Assembly (NCBI GenBank): GCA_965644295.1
Contig: CBFFRP010000475.1
Location: 78,339 to 142,338, forward strand
From: Paraphysomonas bandaiensis
Taxonomy: Eukaryota > Protista > Chrysophyceae
Length of the DNA stretch: 64,000 nt
Reading direction: 5' to 3'
The position numbers were made by a program, and so were the translations under genes. Positions 53,001-64,000 of the stretch are shown here, in pieces. Numbering within the stretch: the stretch's first letter is position 1; each line of letters begins with the position of its first letter. The notes beneath the pieces were generated by a model. That model did no database searches. It was not told the DNA's origin and saw nothing but the letters and a program-made list of their open reading frames with translations.

Positions 53001-56000
53001 CTCAATATGCAGCGATCCAAGTGGTATTGAGGATAAAACGAAAGATTTGGTAGCATCTATGGCAGTGGAGTTCGTTGCAGATGCCATTGACCTTGGCTTG
53101 TCTTATGAAGACATCACTGCAGTGAGCACTGTTCTAGACTTAGTTCTTGATGCCGACCCATCAGTCAGGGGAACATCCTTTGTATTATATCAAGCCTATT
53201 ACGACTTCATTTTGCTGGATATGGTTGAAGGACAGAACTCAATTGATGTAGTGAATAATTTGTTTCGCTTTACATGTTTGTCTCTAGATGGACGGCGCAA
53301 TTCGACTGTTACCTCACCTCGAACGATTCTTGAAGATTTGGTAGGCTCGAGCTCTCAGACTGCAGTGGTACCTCAGAGTGCGTATCAAACTGCGTTTAAA
53401 GTTGCTGTTGTTGAATCCTTGGTGTCTCACTTCAGTAATGATACATATGCTTTAAGTGTTCCTTTTGGTCTTCGCTTTGATGAGTCCCCCTGCAATACGT
53501 CTTCGTTTGATGCGTGTAACGTGACTGTTGTTTTGCAAAATGTGAAGAGCATCCCCGAGAACCATGTGTCTGATGGCAGTGATATCGATACTCTCTATTT
53601 AGATTGTGAGAAAGGAGAACTGATATCGCAAGAGTACGAATGTCCGGCAGGAGATATTATCACTCTATCATGTAACGGGTCTTCATCAGGAACTGTATCC
53701 CGTTCATGCCCTGTTCATGATTTCTCAGTTACGTGTGATGCTATTGAAGACGATAGTGTATCATGCTCTTTGATAGAATATACTGGCTCCAATATAACAT
53801 GTGAATGCGCGATTCCTTTGGAGAGGCAGCGACGACTAATGCAGGAATCAGAGTCATCTGACGGCAGTGCGGTGTCTGTTGACTTTGCTTCAGTGAGTCG
53901 TTCTATACTGATTGAGTTTGTGGATACATGGACAAGTGCAGATGATTTGAGTGGCCGTGATGTTGTGGGAAGTATTCGCGTTCTACTCACAGTTGGGTTA
54001 ATTGGATTGTCAAGTGTGATATGTATTCTTGTTTCCTATCGTTTTGACTATCACGATGAGAAGTGTGTTGCAGATGTAGATGTGAATTCTAAACACCGGC
54101 CTTTGGAGATTATGCTACCTAATAAAGTTCAAGAAAAACAACGGGTTAGAATTCCACTATCCTCTTTGATAACAGGCAAATTAAAATCTAGATTCCTTGG
54201 TGGTGGTTGGAAATCGCCACGTGTTTCCGTCCGAAAGAGATCTCATCGTATTGTTGATAAGTGTGACGTTAAATCAATAGAAGATGCACTTCCGATGGTA
54301 CTGCAAAGCACACCATTATGGAAAAAAGTGTCGAATGAATTGCGGGTATATCACCGTTGGATCGGAGTGGTATGTCATTATTCACCGACATATTCACGTC
54401 CTACCCGAGTCATGTCTCTTCTAATGAACATTCTCACGATGCTCTTCATTGAGGCCATCACATATGATATCACTGATCCTGATGATGGTTCGTGTGAAAC
54501 CTACACTAGCAGTGAAGAGTGCTTGAAAGAGAAGTCATCTTTGTCTAGAAGTGAGAGTAAGTGTTATTGGGATGCTGCGGAAGACAGTTGCTACATTCGA
54601 CCGATAAGTAACGACTTTGAGCGTGTCCTCATAGTAGCACTATTTGCAGCAGTCATTAGCACGCCGATTGCAATCATATTTCAGTACCTGATTATGTTTA
54701 TTCTCGCAGCCAAAACACGCGATAAATTTTCTATTCGCCAACGATCTTCGTCATGGAGAGTCCAGGATATAGAACGTGGTGTATCCGGTCGTATTTCTCG
54801 TTCATTATCCCTCTCTCGTTCAGAATCGCTTGATCCCGACGGCAATACGTTTCAAACATCTGTCACAACAGGGAGTGAACGTACACTACTTGAGGAGTTT
54901 TCCAATTTGGTAGATGATGTGCGGAAGTATAGGTGTCAATTGGTTACAGGCGAGCGGAATGAATTTGATTGTAAGTAATATTGAAATTATTCACAACGTG
55001 ATTTTATTATTTCGTATGACAGATGTGTGGGGAAATACAATTACTGAAGAGTACACGAAATACCAGCACGTTAACAAAATAATGACGTATTTCAATAGCG
55101 ATGAGTCCTGTCAGCAGCGGGTTCTGGCAGAACTGAATCATGTTCGAAAAGTTGTTCAGTCGGAATGTTCTTATTTCGACAATACTTCGGTTACAGTGGT
55201 TGAAAAGAACAAACGATTGGTTTATCTCTTCATTAAAGACCTCATGGACAGTGTGAATGAAGCCATACTGGATGTTAAAGACCGCCGTGACAATTCTCGT
55301 AAGAGAGAAGCTACCTTTTTTGCAAAATTCCTCACGTGGATATTGATTATTTCCATGGTCATTGGTATGTTGTTTTATATATATCTCTTTGCCATGAGAC
55401 AAACTGAATCTCGTCAAGATGCCTGGTTTAAAAGTTTTGTTGTGTGGTTAGTTTTTGAAATAACACTTGCCAGCACAGCACTTGTTATGGTACAACATGT
55501 TATCGTTCCATTGTTCACTCTTCGGGATGTACGAAGGATAAAGAAGAAAGTTATATACGATATTGCGGCATACAAGAGTGGTATTAAATGTACAACTCCC
55601 TCTCCCGATGAAAAGTTCAATGCAGCGAGATATCTGTATCCTTCTGTGAGATTAGCAACCTGCTATCCACACCTACCTGAAAGTAAGGTAATTGCAAATT
55701 ATTCAACACCTTGGCCCAAGAAGTCCTTTAAGGCTAAGGTGACCGCAGTGCATGAAAGTTACGACCTGAGGTTTAAATTTCTGGGACAAGCAATGAGCAG
55801 AGTTATTCTTTTTTCATTGGTCAGTTTTTTACAGCTTCCTGACCCAGTGCAAGACATTGTCGTTCAAGTTGTCAATACCTTTGGCCTCGGATATATTGTT
55901 GTCATGCACGTACAGTTATATAAAATTAATCCTATACTCGCTTTCATCCCTTGTATCACAGTCATTGTGATTGTCCATTTCATGACTGCTTCAGGAAAGT

Positions 56001-56770
56001 CGGTGACGCGTTTGGACTCCAATCTCACAGCGCCCAGTACTTATCAGGAAAAGATAGTTCAAGACCAAGGTACTAATTTTTCACACAAAGCAGTGCTGCC
56101 TGGCGTACAGTCGGATAATGTTTTCAACGGGCACCACAAAAGTAGGCATGATACCCTACAGAATGGGCTCTATCTCGCCGGCGAAATGGCAAAGCGTATG
56201 CATCGAAATGCTGACAGTACTTCTTTAAGAAAACACTGCAAAGAATCTCTGCGTCGGGATGGTGATATAACTACCAGCCTTGACGCCGATTACTATGGAT
56301 ACAAACCGAAACCTTTATATGTTGATATGATAAGTGACTTCTCACTGTCATCTGCACAATCTGAAAGTGACGCAAGTTCTTCTACGTGCTACAGAAGTGT
56401 AGCATACAATTCCCCTATTATGGTCCAGAGTGATGATAGTGTATGCAGTGGGAGTAGTTTTGAATCATACCGTAGCGATAATGTTGGTGTAGTCGAAGAA
56501 TTGGTATCTGATAGTGAAGAAAATACAGATGACAGTATTTCACTCTCCAGTGAATATAATCTTGAAGACGAGTGTGAATATTGTAGCGAAGTGTCAAGTA
56601 ATGGAGTGTCGCAGTCCAAAGAGAATAACTTTTGCACAAGTTCCTCTGTGAACAGTGTGAAAGAATCTGATATACGGAGTTCTGACTCTGCGTCATCATC
56701 GTTCAGTATAGAAGAGCAATATATTAGAGATGCGAGTGCCATATCGCCAAGTGAAACCTTATTGATGTAA
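38038..56770 (+). CDS. Gene C: giant polycystin-1/PKDREJ-like membrane protein with tandem NHL-repeat propellers and Ser/Pro/His stalk (~6226 aa)
   Basis: Exons 38038-54970 and 55023-56770 (52-nt GT-AG intron at the same position as in A and B, EFD-Y-VWGN). Signal peptide MRTHHCNTLIFIWMLSYTVLG; roughly 12 NHL-type repeats (DGVGTAASFSYP..ALVAD..HRIRK) at ~38330-40310; core 49059-53999 nearly identical to A/B; divergent TM/cytoplasmic part; Ser/acidic tail. Confidence 0.9.
40520..49058 (+). repeat. Coding minisatellite stalk of gene C (33-nt/11-aa unit PSSSTPSIVHG / PSSSTPSMIPSC) with higher-order duplications
   Basis: About 8.5 kb of tandem repeats; identical shadow ORFs recur at offsets of 879 bp (40704/41583), 1983 bp (42096/44079, 42426/44409) and nearly identically at 588 bp (45144/45732). 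Confidence 0.95.
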
Positions 56771-57116
56771 TTTTTGTTCGTTAAATATGCCGTGAAGCTA
56801 GATTTCTTGACGACATGAATAGTACATGCGTGATTACGGGGAACCAGACCGTGCTTGTTATACTAACCTTGTACTCTATAGTTTTTTCTTTTATTATATT
56901 TGATGATCATATGCACCACATCTGTTAAATAAAATTGATGTTACTTTAATCATAATTACTCTTCTAATTGTCATAATAATAAAGCGCGGCGTATTTAAAG
57001 ATATCAGTTTCATTGATATCTTTCGATTTATTGACAAGTTACATACATATTTTTAAATCTGTAGTGAGCTGTCATTGTAAGTGAAAATGAAATGGATTTG
57101 CTATATATTCTTGCTT

Positions 57117-58528
57117 CTGCTAAGGGAGTGACTGGTTAGAGGTTGACCGCATGCTAGGCCGTCATAATTACACTTTCTGTGAAATCAATGTTGCTCGAGC
57201 CGTGGAACGCATTCTCAAGTCCGGAATTATAATGGCGTCTTCCTGAAACACGCCGGCCGTACGTCACACACCCCATGATCATTGATTTTTTAAACCCTTC
57301 GTAATCAAATAAATGGACACTCGAGAATTATACTGCGCTTCGCGACCAACTACAGCCATAATCTTGATCGCGCACCTCGTTACTGGAAAGAGAGTGGTGC
57401 CTTATACTTCTGCATAAACTGGCTCTGGCAGATCGCGGCAGATCAAAGGCTAACAAGGACAGTTTATACCTACGACAACGCATACTCAATACAGCCCAGA
57501 CATGGGACAAATTCTTCAGCATTGTTGGTAGGAACCAGGCCAAAACGAAACACATGGCCTAGATCTGAACAAAGCCACATTCTCCGACTGTAGATTTTGA
57601 CTTGACTCTCTCTCAAGTATATATGTATTGATTGCCCACACGACTCCATCACACACATACGAGAAACCCCTTTTCAGAGACACAAGGAGCAACTCCGGGA
57701 ACTTCAACGAAACCCAACCCTACCAACTTGGAGTGCCGCCATTCTCAAGAGACAATACCGCAGGTTGAGTGATTCTGGACGGGGACTATTACCGATGCTC
57801 AGCTGGAAGAAGTGTTTGACGCAAAATACAACTGTGCTTTAAACTTGCAAGGACTTCGTACTCTAGAAATAGCAGTTGTCAATCTTCTCTAGCCGCTTTA
57901 CGCTGCGGCCAAACAAATGATTCAAGACCGCAGTCGTCGTTATTTTACCACACCCAAAGGGCCACATAGACTCCCTCCCATAACACGTCAGAAATATAGC
58001 AACATACGACGGAAACCACTGGTTCTTCGCTTACTGGATGTAACGAAGAGACCTAGCTCACCCCACACGTCTACCTCTCTCACAATTCCTGCACAAGTGG
58101 AAAAGCCACGGTGCAGCCTCCGCCAGCTACTTATCTGCCCTAGGCCCATCTCCATACACGACGGCGTCCCAATAATCCACCCGTTCGCTCATGTTTCTCA
58201 GGCTAAATACACTCGACTCACTTATTCAGAATTCTGTGCCGCCACAATTTCCTGCAGTGCCCTACCCCAAGGGACGCCCCCATGACTAGCCATCTGCACT
58301 TTCAGGTCTCACGTACATATAGTGATCTTCTCCCTCACATACAAGAACGGAAGTGGTCGCATCTTGGTGCCTATGGTGGCGCACAAGCAGCTTTCGTAGC
58401 GGATGTGAAAATTTGTGCTAGTTAGTAATAGGTAAAAGTCTAGCTAGCTTGACTAGTGTTCATCTAGCTACTTATCTGGTGCTGATTCTCGACGCCTATT
58501 GCTAATAACTAATAATAAGACTTTCTTA
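57117..58528 (+). mobile_element. 5'-truncated LINE-like retrotransposon copy 4 with 15-bp TSD and decayed ORF2 C-terminus
   Basis: Direct repeat tatatattcttgctt at 57102-57116 and 58529-58543; family 3' tail at 58348-58525; broken reading frames including a zinc-knuckle-like CIDCPHDSITHI near 57624. Confidence 0.75.
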
Positions 58529-58745
58529 TATATATTCTTGCTTGCAAGCCCAGTTTACAGAGGGTGGTGCTAGTACGAAGCGATAATAGAAGATTAAAGG
58601 AAAGTAGTGAATTTTTAAGTTACTCTTTTTTCGTCGTCATCGTGTATGTGTCGGTATGTGCAACTATCACACCGAACGACACACATGGTGCACAACACTA
58701 AACAATTATACCACACAGAAAATATTCTTTTTCATCTTTCTATTA

Positions 58746-60006
58746 CTAGTTATCCGGTGCGGAATCATTTCCCCTTGATGAATTGGATAATGAAAGTTCA
58801 ACATGTGGAATTGAGACTCCTTTCTCTACAATATGCTTCTTCTCTCGGCTATCAACGATCTCATCGAAGTCTTGGTGATGCTTATTGTCAATAAAGTTAA
58901 ATATTTTAGCTTTCAAACTATCCCATGTTCGTATAGAGTGATGTCGCACACTAGATGCGTCTATCTTGTAACCCCTCTCAAAATCATTTGGGCTCCAACC
59001 GATCAGTGCTAGGGCTTCGTTATGTGTTTCTTCATCAATATTATGGGCAGAAATATAGTCTTGCAGGACCTCTTTCTCGAGAGAATTAATTTCACCATCT
59101 ACAGAAAAAGCGGACAAAAGTGCAAAGTACTTGCTCTTTGCACCAGATGAACTGATATCTAATAGTTTTTGCATCACACTGTTCGTGAGGACAGTCCGGA
59201 GTTTATCTGCAATTTCCGACTTTTCTGTCAACACTTTCAGCAGGAATTCCTGTAAAGCACTCTCGTCAGACAGGTACTGTAGCAATGATAACAAAGCATA
59301 AAATATCCATAATGCATTGCAATCGATTGTTTAATAACGATACCTGATCCCACTCAAGTACCACAACACGTTCACTACCAGCAGTTGCGGAGGACACGAA
59401 ACTCGGGATCAATTTCTGTGTATTGACACCTTTAGCTTCATCTGCCTTGCGCAGTAAGCTTAAATCCCCCAAAAAACAAATTGGTTTGTTAGCATCTATA
59501 GTGAATAACTCATTATTGTTACGGTACACAATCGCTTTTCCCTCCATAAGGAGCTTCACTGATGTGGTAGATGGAAACGTCACTTCTTTCTCGATAACAT
59601 CACCAGGTTTAAACTCTTTTCTCCTAGCAGCTTTGACAAGTCGTTTAAATTGACCAGGACGCATTCCACAATGCATAAAATGTCTAACATATACCTCTTC
59701 TTCATCTTCATTAAGTTCAGTAGGTTTACGATCTAATAAGAGACCTGTGATCTTATATACATTCACTGCTATAAAGCATGTGCTCCAGTATACTGGTACA
59801 TATGAATGTATAGGATTTCTAGTTAATACAAATGTAATGGATGCAATCGTTCCAATGATACTACATGATCTTAAAGCTAATGGATCCGACATACAGAAAC
59901 CAGCTAAACCAGTAGCTGTTCCGATGTTTAAGAATAAGAAAGCAGGATCTGTACGTGATATGTGTTTGAACCATTTCATAGAGTTAGTGAAATGATTAGA
60001 TGACAT
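58746..60006 (-). CDS. Popeye-domain/cyclic-nucleotide-binding-like membrane protein (397 aa)
   Basis: Exons 60006-59344 and 59276-58746 (67-nt GT-AG intron). N-terminal TM helices with SDPLALR..VYWSTCFIAVN, EEEVY..F..M.PGQFKRL, cNMP-like beta region (LLMEG..FLGD..VLEWD), C-terminal DGEINSLEKEVL..H..AL..GWSPNDFERG module. Confidence 0.8.
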
Positions 60007-60754
60007 AGTGTGATAGTGAGGTTAGGGAGATGGGGATGTAGATATATATATGGGCGTGTGTATGTATGTATGTATAGTTAATGGGACAGACACTGATAGC
60101 AGTACGGAGTACATGTACACTTCCCTAACATATGGAATATGCTGTAGAGTATATACTTACAGTATATGCTGCTGGAGGTACACAAAGTTTTGTTATATAA
60201 ATATTAACGTTTTTATAAAAAGTTGGAATATTGATGTTAAAAGCTAACACTTTTGTCACAGTCTTTCCTTTCATATACTGTACACGTATGCACAGGAGTA
60301 CTGATGTCCACGATATCATCATGTCAGTTCTGTCATGAGTTTCTATAACAAGACCAAGACTGAAAACCCGCAAAAGATCTTTTTTGGCCTTCAAGATAAC
60401 ATACTGTACATTTCCATTAAACAACCTCAAAATATTGAAAAAAAATACTGAAAAAATCAATAATATAGTGATATATATGTAAAAACCCGCAACAATCATA
60501 CACTCTGTATATATATATATGGTATATGTAGAGTATGTACAGTGTATATCATCATACAGCAGTATATTATTTATTTGATATGAAAGTAACAGTAAGAAAT
60601 CCCACATATGAAGACCTGCCTGCCTGAGATTACTTCGACATTACTACATGAATAGTGATGATATCTATAGTATAACTTAACGAATGGATTCGGAAGTAGC
60701 AACAAGGTTTAATAATCTATCTATCTATGAATATATTTCTAATTAGATGATACT

Positions 60755-62989
60755 ATGAACAGAAAAATATTTATAGGTGGATTGAGTTATGGCACAGATG
60801 ATGGTAATGAAACCATGTGTATGATGCAGAGTATATTCTAATTAGAGATTTTATTAGAGAAATTACGACAATATTTTGAAGCATTTGGAGGAGTTCAAGA
60901 TGCTGTGGTTATGAAGGATCCCGTATCTAGGAGATCAAGAGGATTTGGGTTTATTACATTTGATCACGCCTCATATGTTGATAATGTATTAGCACAAGAA
61001 GTTCACACCATTGATTCTAGGAAGGTGTGTTACTTATATTCAATTTAATGGACTCCATCTAATGGTGACTAAGGTCGAGGCGAAGCGTGCTGTACCACGA
61101 AATGAAGTACCCCGCGAATCCCCTCCTAATAAGTCAACATCTAGTACTTCATCCCCAGCAGCAGTTAATTCATCAGTTAATAGTGCTCCTTCTACATCTA
61201 ATGGTAGTAGTGACGAGTATGCGTACTGCAAAATATTTGTTGGTGGGCTGCACTATGATACTCGAGATGGTACGTTATGCGGTACACGTTATCTACTATC
61301 ATAACTCTATACACAGGTGAATTTCGAAATTACTTTGAAAAATATGGAAAGGTGCTGTCAGCAGAAGTTATGTTCAATAGAGAAACTCACAAATCGCGCG
61401 GATTTGGGTTTATAGTATTTGAATCCGAATCCGGGGTTGACGATGTCTGCGCTGTGAAAGAGCATGTAATCGACGGTAAAATGGTATGTTATGTTCGATG
61501 TGACACACTGGCACACTATATACTGTAGTTTTATTCTGCATTTACTAACAGTTTAGTGCTTGTGAAAAATTAAATCGGTTTTATTTAGGTCGAGGTTAAA
61601 CGAGCTGTCCCTCGTTCGAAAATTGGCTCCAATAGCACTTCGAGTAGTATTCCTGGTAACGGAAAGAATCACACTTCATCCACGGCCAAGAGCAATGCTT
61701 CTGGAGGGACCAAACCTGCATCAGCTGACAGTGTCAGGAAACCTTCTCTTTCAGGCCCTAGTGGTAAGACCACCCCCGCCTCACCTAAAAGCACTAGTGC
61801 TAAGGCCCCCACTCCTAGCGGACTGTCGTCAGCTTCCCCAGGCCCAACATCTCGCCGTGCGGCGGTGGGAACGGCCTCCTATGCAGCTGCTCTCAAGTCT
61901 GGCGCCAGTACATCTGGAACATCTGCAGGTGATTCATCTCCCCGCACTGTTGGCTCTCCAGTGGGCACGCAATCCGAACTAGATTCCTCGAAGTCTTCTC
62001 CACCTGTGTCTACCCTGCAGATGCCTGCCCAGCCCTTGCTTCAACACCAAGAGCAGTTTCCACTTCCTACAAGTCCAAGTGGAACAGGCCCCAGTAATCG
62101 ACATCGAGCTCATTCCGAGTCTTACCTCAATATGACTCAAAAGGCCCAAACCCTCTACCTACAACAAGCGAATGCCAGCATTATGGGGACACTAGGAGGA
62201 CCCTCGATGGTTGGTCCGATGCATCAACAACAGCATCCTATTCAGACACCGAACCAACAGCATAATATGTATTACGATAATTATGGATCACATTTCCAGC
62301 TACCTAATCACAATCAGCAGCAACAGGGTCCCGGCGATGACTCTAGAAATGCGTTTGGTGTTCCAACGCATCCAGGAACTGGAGTATGGATGGGTGGGGC
62401 AGGAGATGGGAGTTATCGGACTGACGTGGAGAGGTCGTCGTCTCTAGGGGGACTGGGCTGGATTCCTTCATTTGCTGGTTCCCCACCGGATACAAGGAGA
62501 TGCATATCTGACCTAGGTCTCAATATGGGCCTTGGGATGGACTCCGGTGGGATCTCCCGACAAAGCGAGTCCGGAGACTTACAAGGTCTAGTCCACCCTC
62601 CCAAATCCTCAGCATGGGCGTCTATGGTTGATGTTGGTAATGAATTCGGCGGCATGCAGAATAGCTCCGAGTACCAGCAGCAGGGGCAACACCAAGAACT
62701 CTTCGGTAACTCCGCACAGCACTCTCAACAATTACTTCACGAGGGTTCTCCTTTCCGTGCGAATATTAGCAGGCATAGTAACACTCTAGGTGGATCTGGG
62801 GACTTCAATTACAGCGGATGTGGTGGTCTCTCTCCCGCACGGACGCAGAGTGGGAGCTTTGGAAATTCGAGTAGTATCCTAGGCAATGATGATGATGATA
62901 ATGAGTACAACTTACAGGAACTTCGACTTCAAGCGTCAGAGTTTGTACCCAATGGCAGTGCCAACAGCTGTACTCCTTGGGGAAGATAA
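60755..62989 (+). CDS. Two-RRM RNA-binding protein (Musashi/DAZAP1/hnRNP A-D-like) with long disordered tail (~659 aa)
   Basis: Exons 60755-60803, 60858-61024, 61074-61269, 61317-61483, 61589-62989 (GT-AG, in frame). RNP2 KIFIGGL/KIFVGGL, RNP1 RGFGFITF/RGFGFIVF, VE[AV]KRAVPR twice. A short upstream exon cannot be excluded. Confidence 0.9.
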
Positions 62990-63320
62990 ACGTCCACGGG
63001 AAGGACCAGCCATGCCATGTGGCGAAATGGGCGAAGTGCTATTGTTGTCAATATCATATTTGTGCGCAGTTTCGTTGTAGAAATACACAGTGTTGGTGCT
63101 ACTGTAGTGGTTGCCATATGCAAGAGATGAAAAGTTGTAGTGTAGAATTAGAATAATATGTTAGTCATGCCGCTTTGGCGTCAGCAAAACGGTTGCTCTT
63201 CAGTAGCATCTTATTGCTACGAGGCACAGATTTGCCATTCGTTAAGCTTGTAATAAAAGAGGTGGTTATTACTGAAACTTCACTTCATTGGCTATATATG
63301 GGGGATCTACAAACACTAGG

Positions 63321-63422
63321 TTGGTCTATTTTGTTGGCTTGCATTCCAAGGTAATGATTAATAGGGATAGTTGGGGGTATTCGTATTCAATTGTCAGAGG
63401 TGAAATTCTTGGATTTATGGAA
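63321..63422 (+). rRNA. Isolated ~100-nt 18S rRNA gene fragment (pseudogenic)
   Basis: ctattttgttgg..gtaatgattaatagggatagttgggggtattcgtatt..gtcagaggtgaaattcttggattt is the conserved eukaryotic SSU segment at the end of V4; flanks are not rDNA. Confidence 0.85.
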
Positions 63423-63631
63423 AAAAAACGAAGGGAAGGGACAAGGACAAGCCTTTTTCTACCCCAACCCCTCAAGGGGCCTCTTCTCTTCGAGTGTTTC
63501 CAATTACAACCTTCGGTTGTAATTCCTTCTCTTTGTAAGTTTAACTTATAACTTATTATTAATAAGTTATAATTACTTTATATATTATTTATATTCTTAA
63601 ATAAAATTAATTACTTTATATATTATTTATA

Positions 63632-63822
63632 TTGTTATAATAAAAAGTAATATAGATAGTAAAGTAGATTTAATAAGTAGATTTAATAGTAGATATAGGG
63701 GGAGGGAAAAATTAAAATGAAAAATAATTTAAATTTGTAAAGGTTGTAAAACCCCGGGATTCTACCATTAAAACTACTTATTAAATCTACTTTGTTATCT
63801 ATATGACTTTTTTATAATAATG
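63632..63822. repeat. AT-rich foldback/MITE-like inverted repeat
   Basis: taaaaagtaatatagatagtaaagtagatttaataagtag (63641-63680) is nearly the reverse complement of ctacttattaaatctactttgttatctatatgactttttta (from 63774). Confidence 0.6.
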
Positions 63823-64000
63823 TATAATGGCAAAGCTTTAAGCTCTGGAATGTAGTTGTAGTGATATAATGGCGAATATGCTTTAAGCAAAAACGTCCCA
63901 ATTTTTATATAAAAACCTTGATTTATATAAAAACCCTTAATTTTAATAATAAAACTCCACAATTTTATAAAAATATATAAAGCATTTTTTAATATATAAA

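Noticed and set aside
60125-60607. 160-aa ORF between the Popeye-like and RRM genes
   Set aside because: AT-rich, low-complexity Ile/Tyr composition typical of non-coding divergent promoter/UTR DNA.

Overview
Eukaryotic genomic DNA with short GT-AG introns (mostly 47-67 nt), most likely from a chrysophyte stramenopile; a ~100-nt 18S rDNA fragment near 63.3 kb looks chrysophyte-like. Three giant paralogous membrane-protein genes dominate the window: A and B on the minus strand in tandem, C inverted on the plus strand. They share an almost identical ~4.9-kb core (REJ-type region, EGF-like/Cys-rich region, GPS-like motif) followed by helices resembling polycystin-1 TM1-5. Their N-termini are unrelated: no head (A), Kelch propeller (B), double NHL propeller (C), each on a different Pro/Ser/Thr tandem-repeat stalk. 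C also has a divergent cytoplasmic side with one near-identical patch. A and C share a ~160-bp hairpin-forming cassette that supplies the start codon and signal peptide. Together this looks like a modular, recombination-shuffled polycystin-1-like receptor array. Between the genes lie a complete Sola-type DNA transposon (31378-37702; TIRs, TATG TSD, spliced ~1250-aa transposase with extra domains), a nested hAT relic, four 5'-truncated non-LTR retroelement copies sharing one structured 3' tail (three with TSDs), and a small coiled-coil gene. The right end holds a Popeye/cNMP-binding membrane protein gene, a two-RRM Musashi/hnRNP-like gene and an AT-rich foldback region. Domain calls come from motif recognition by eye, not database searches.
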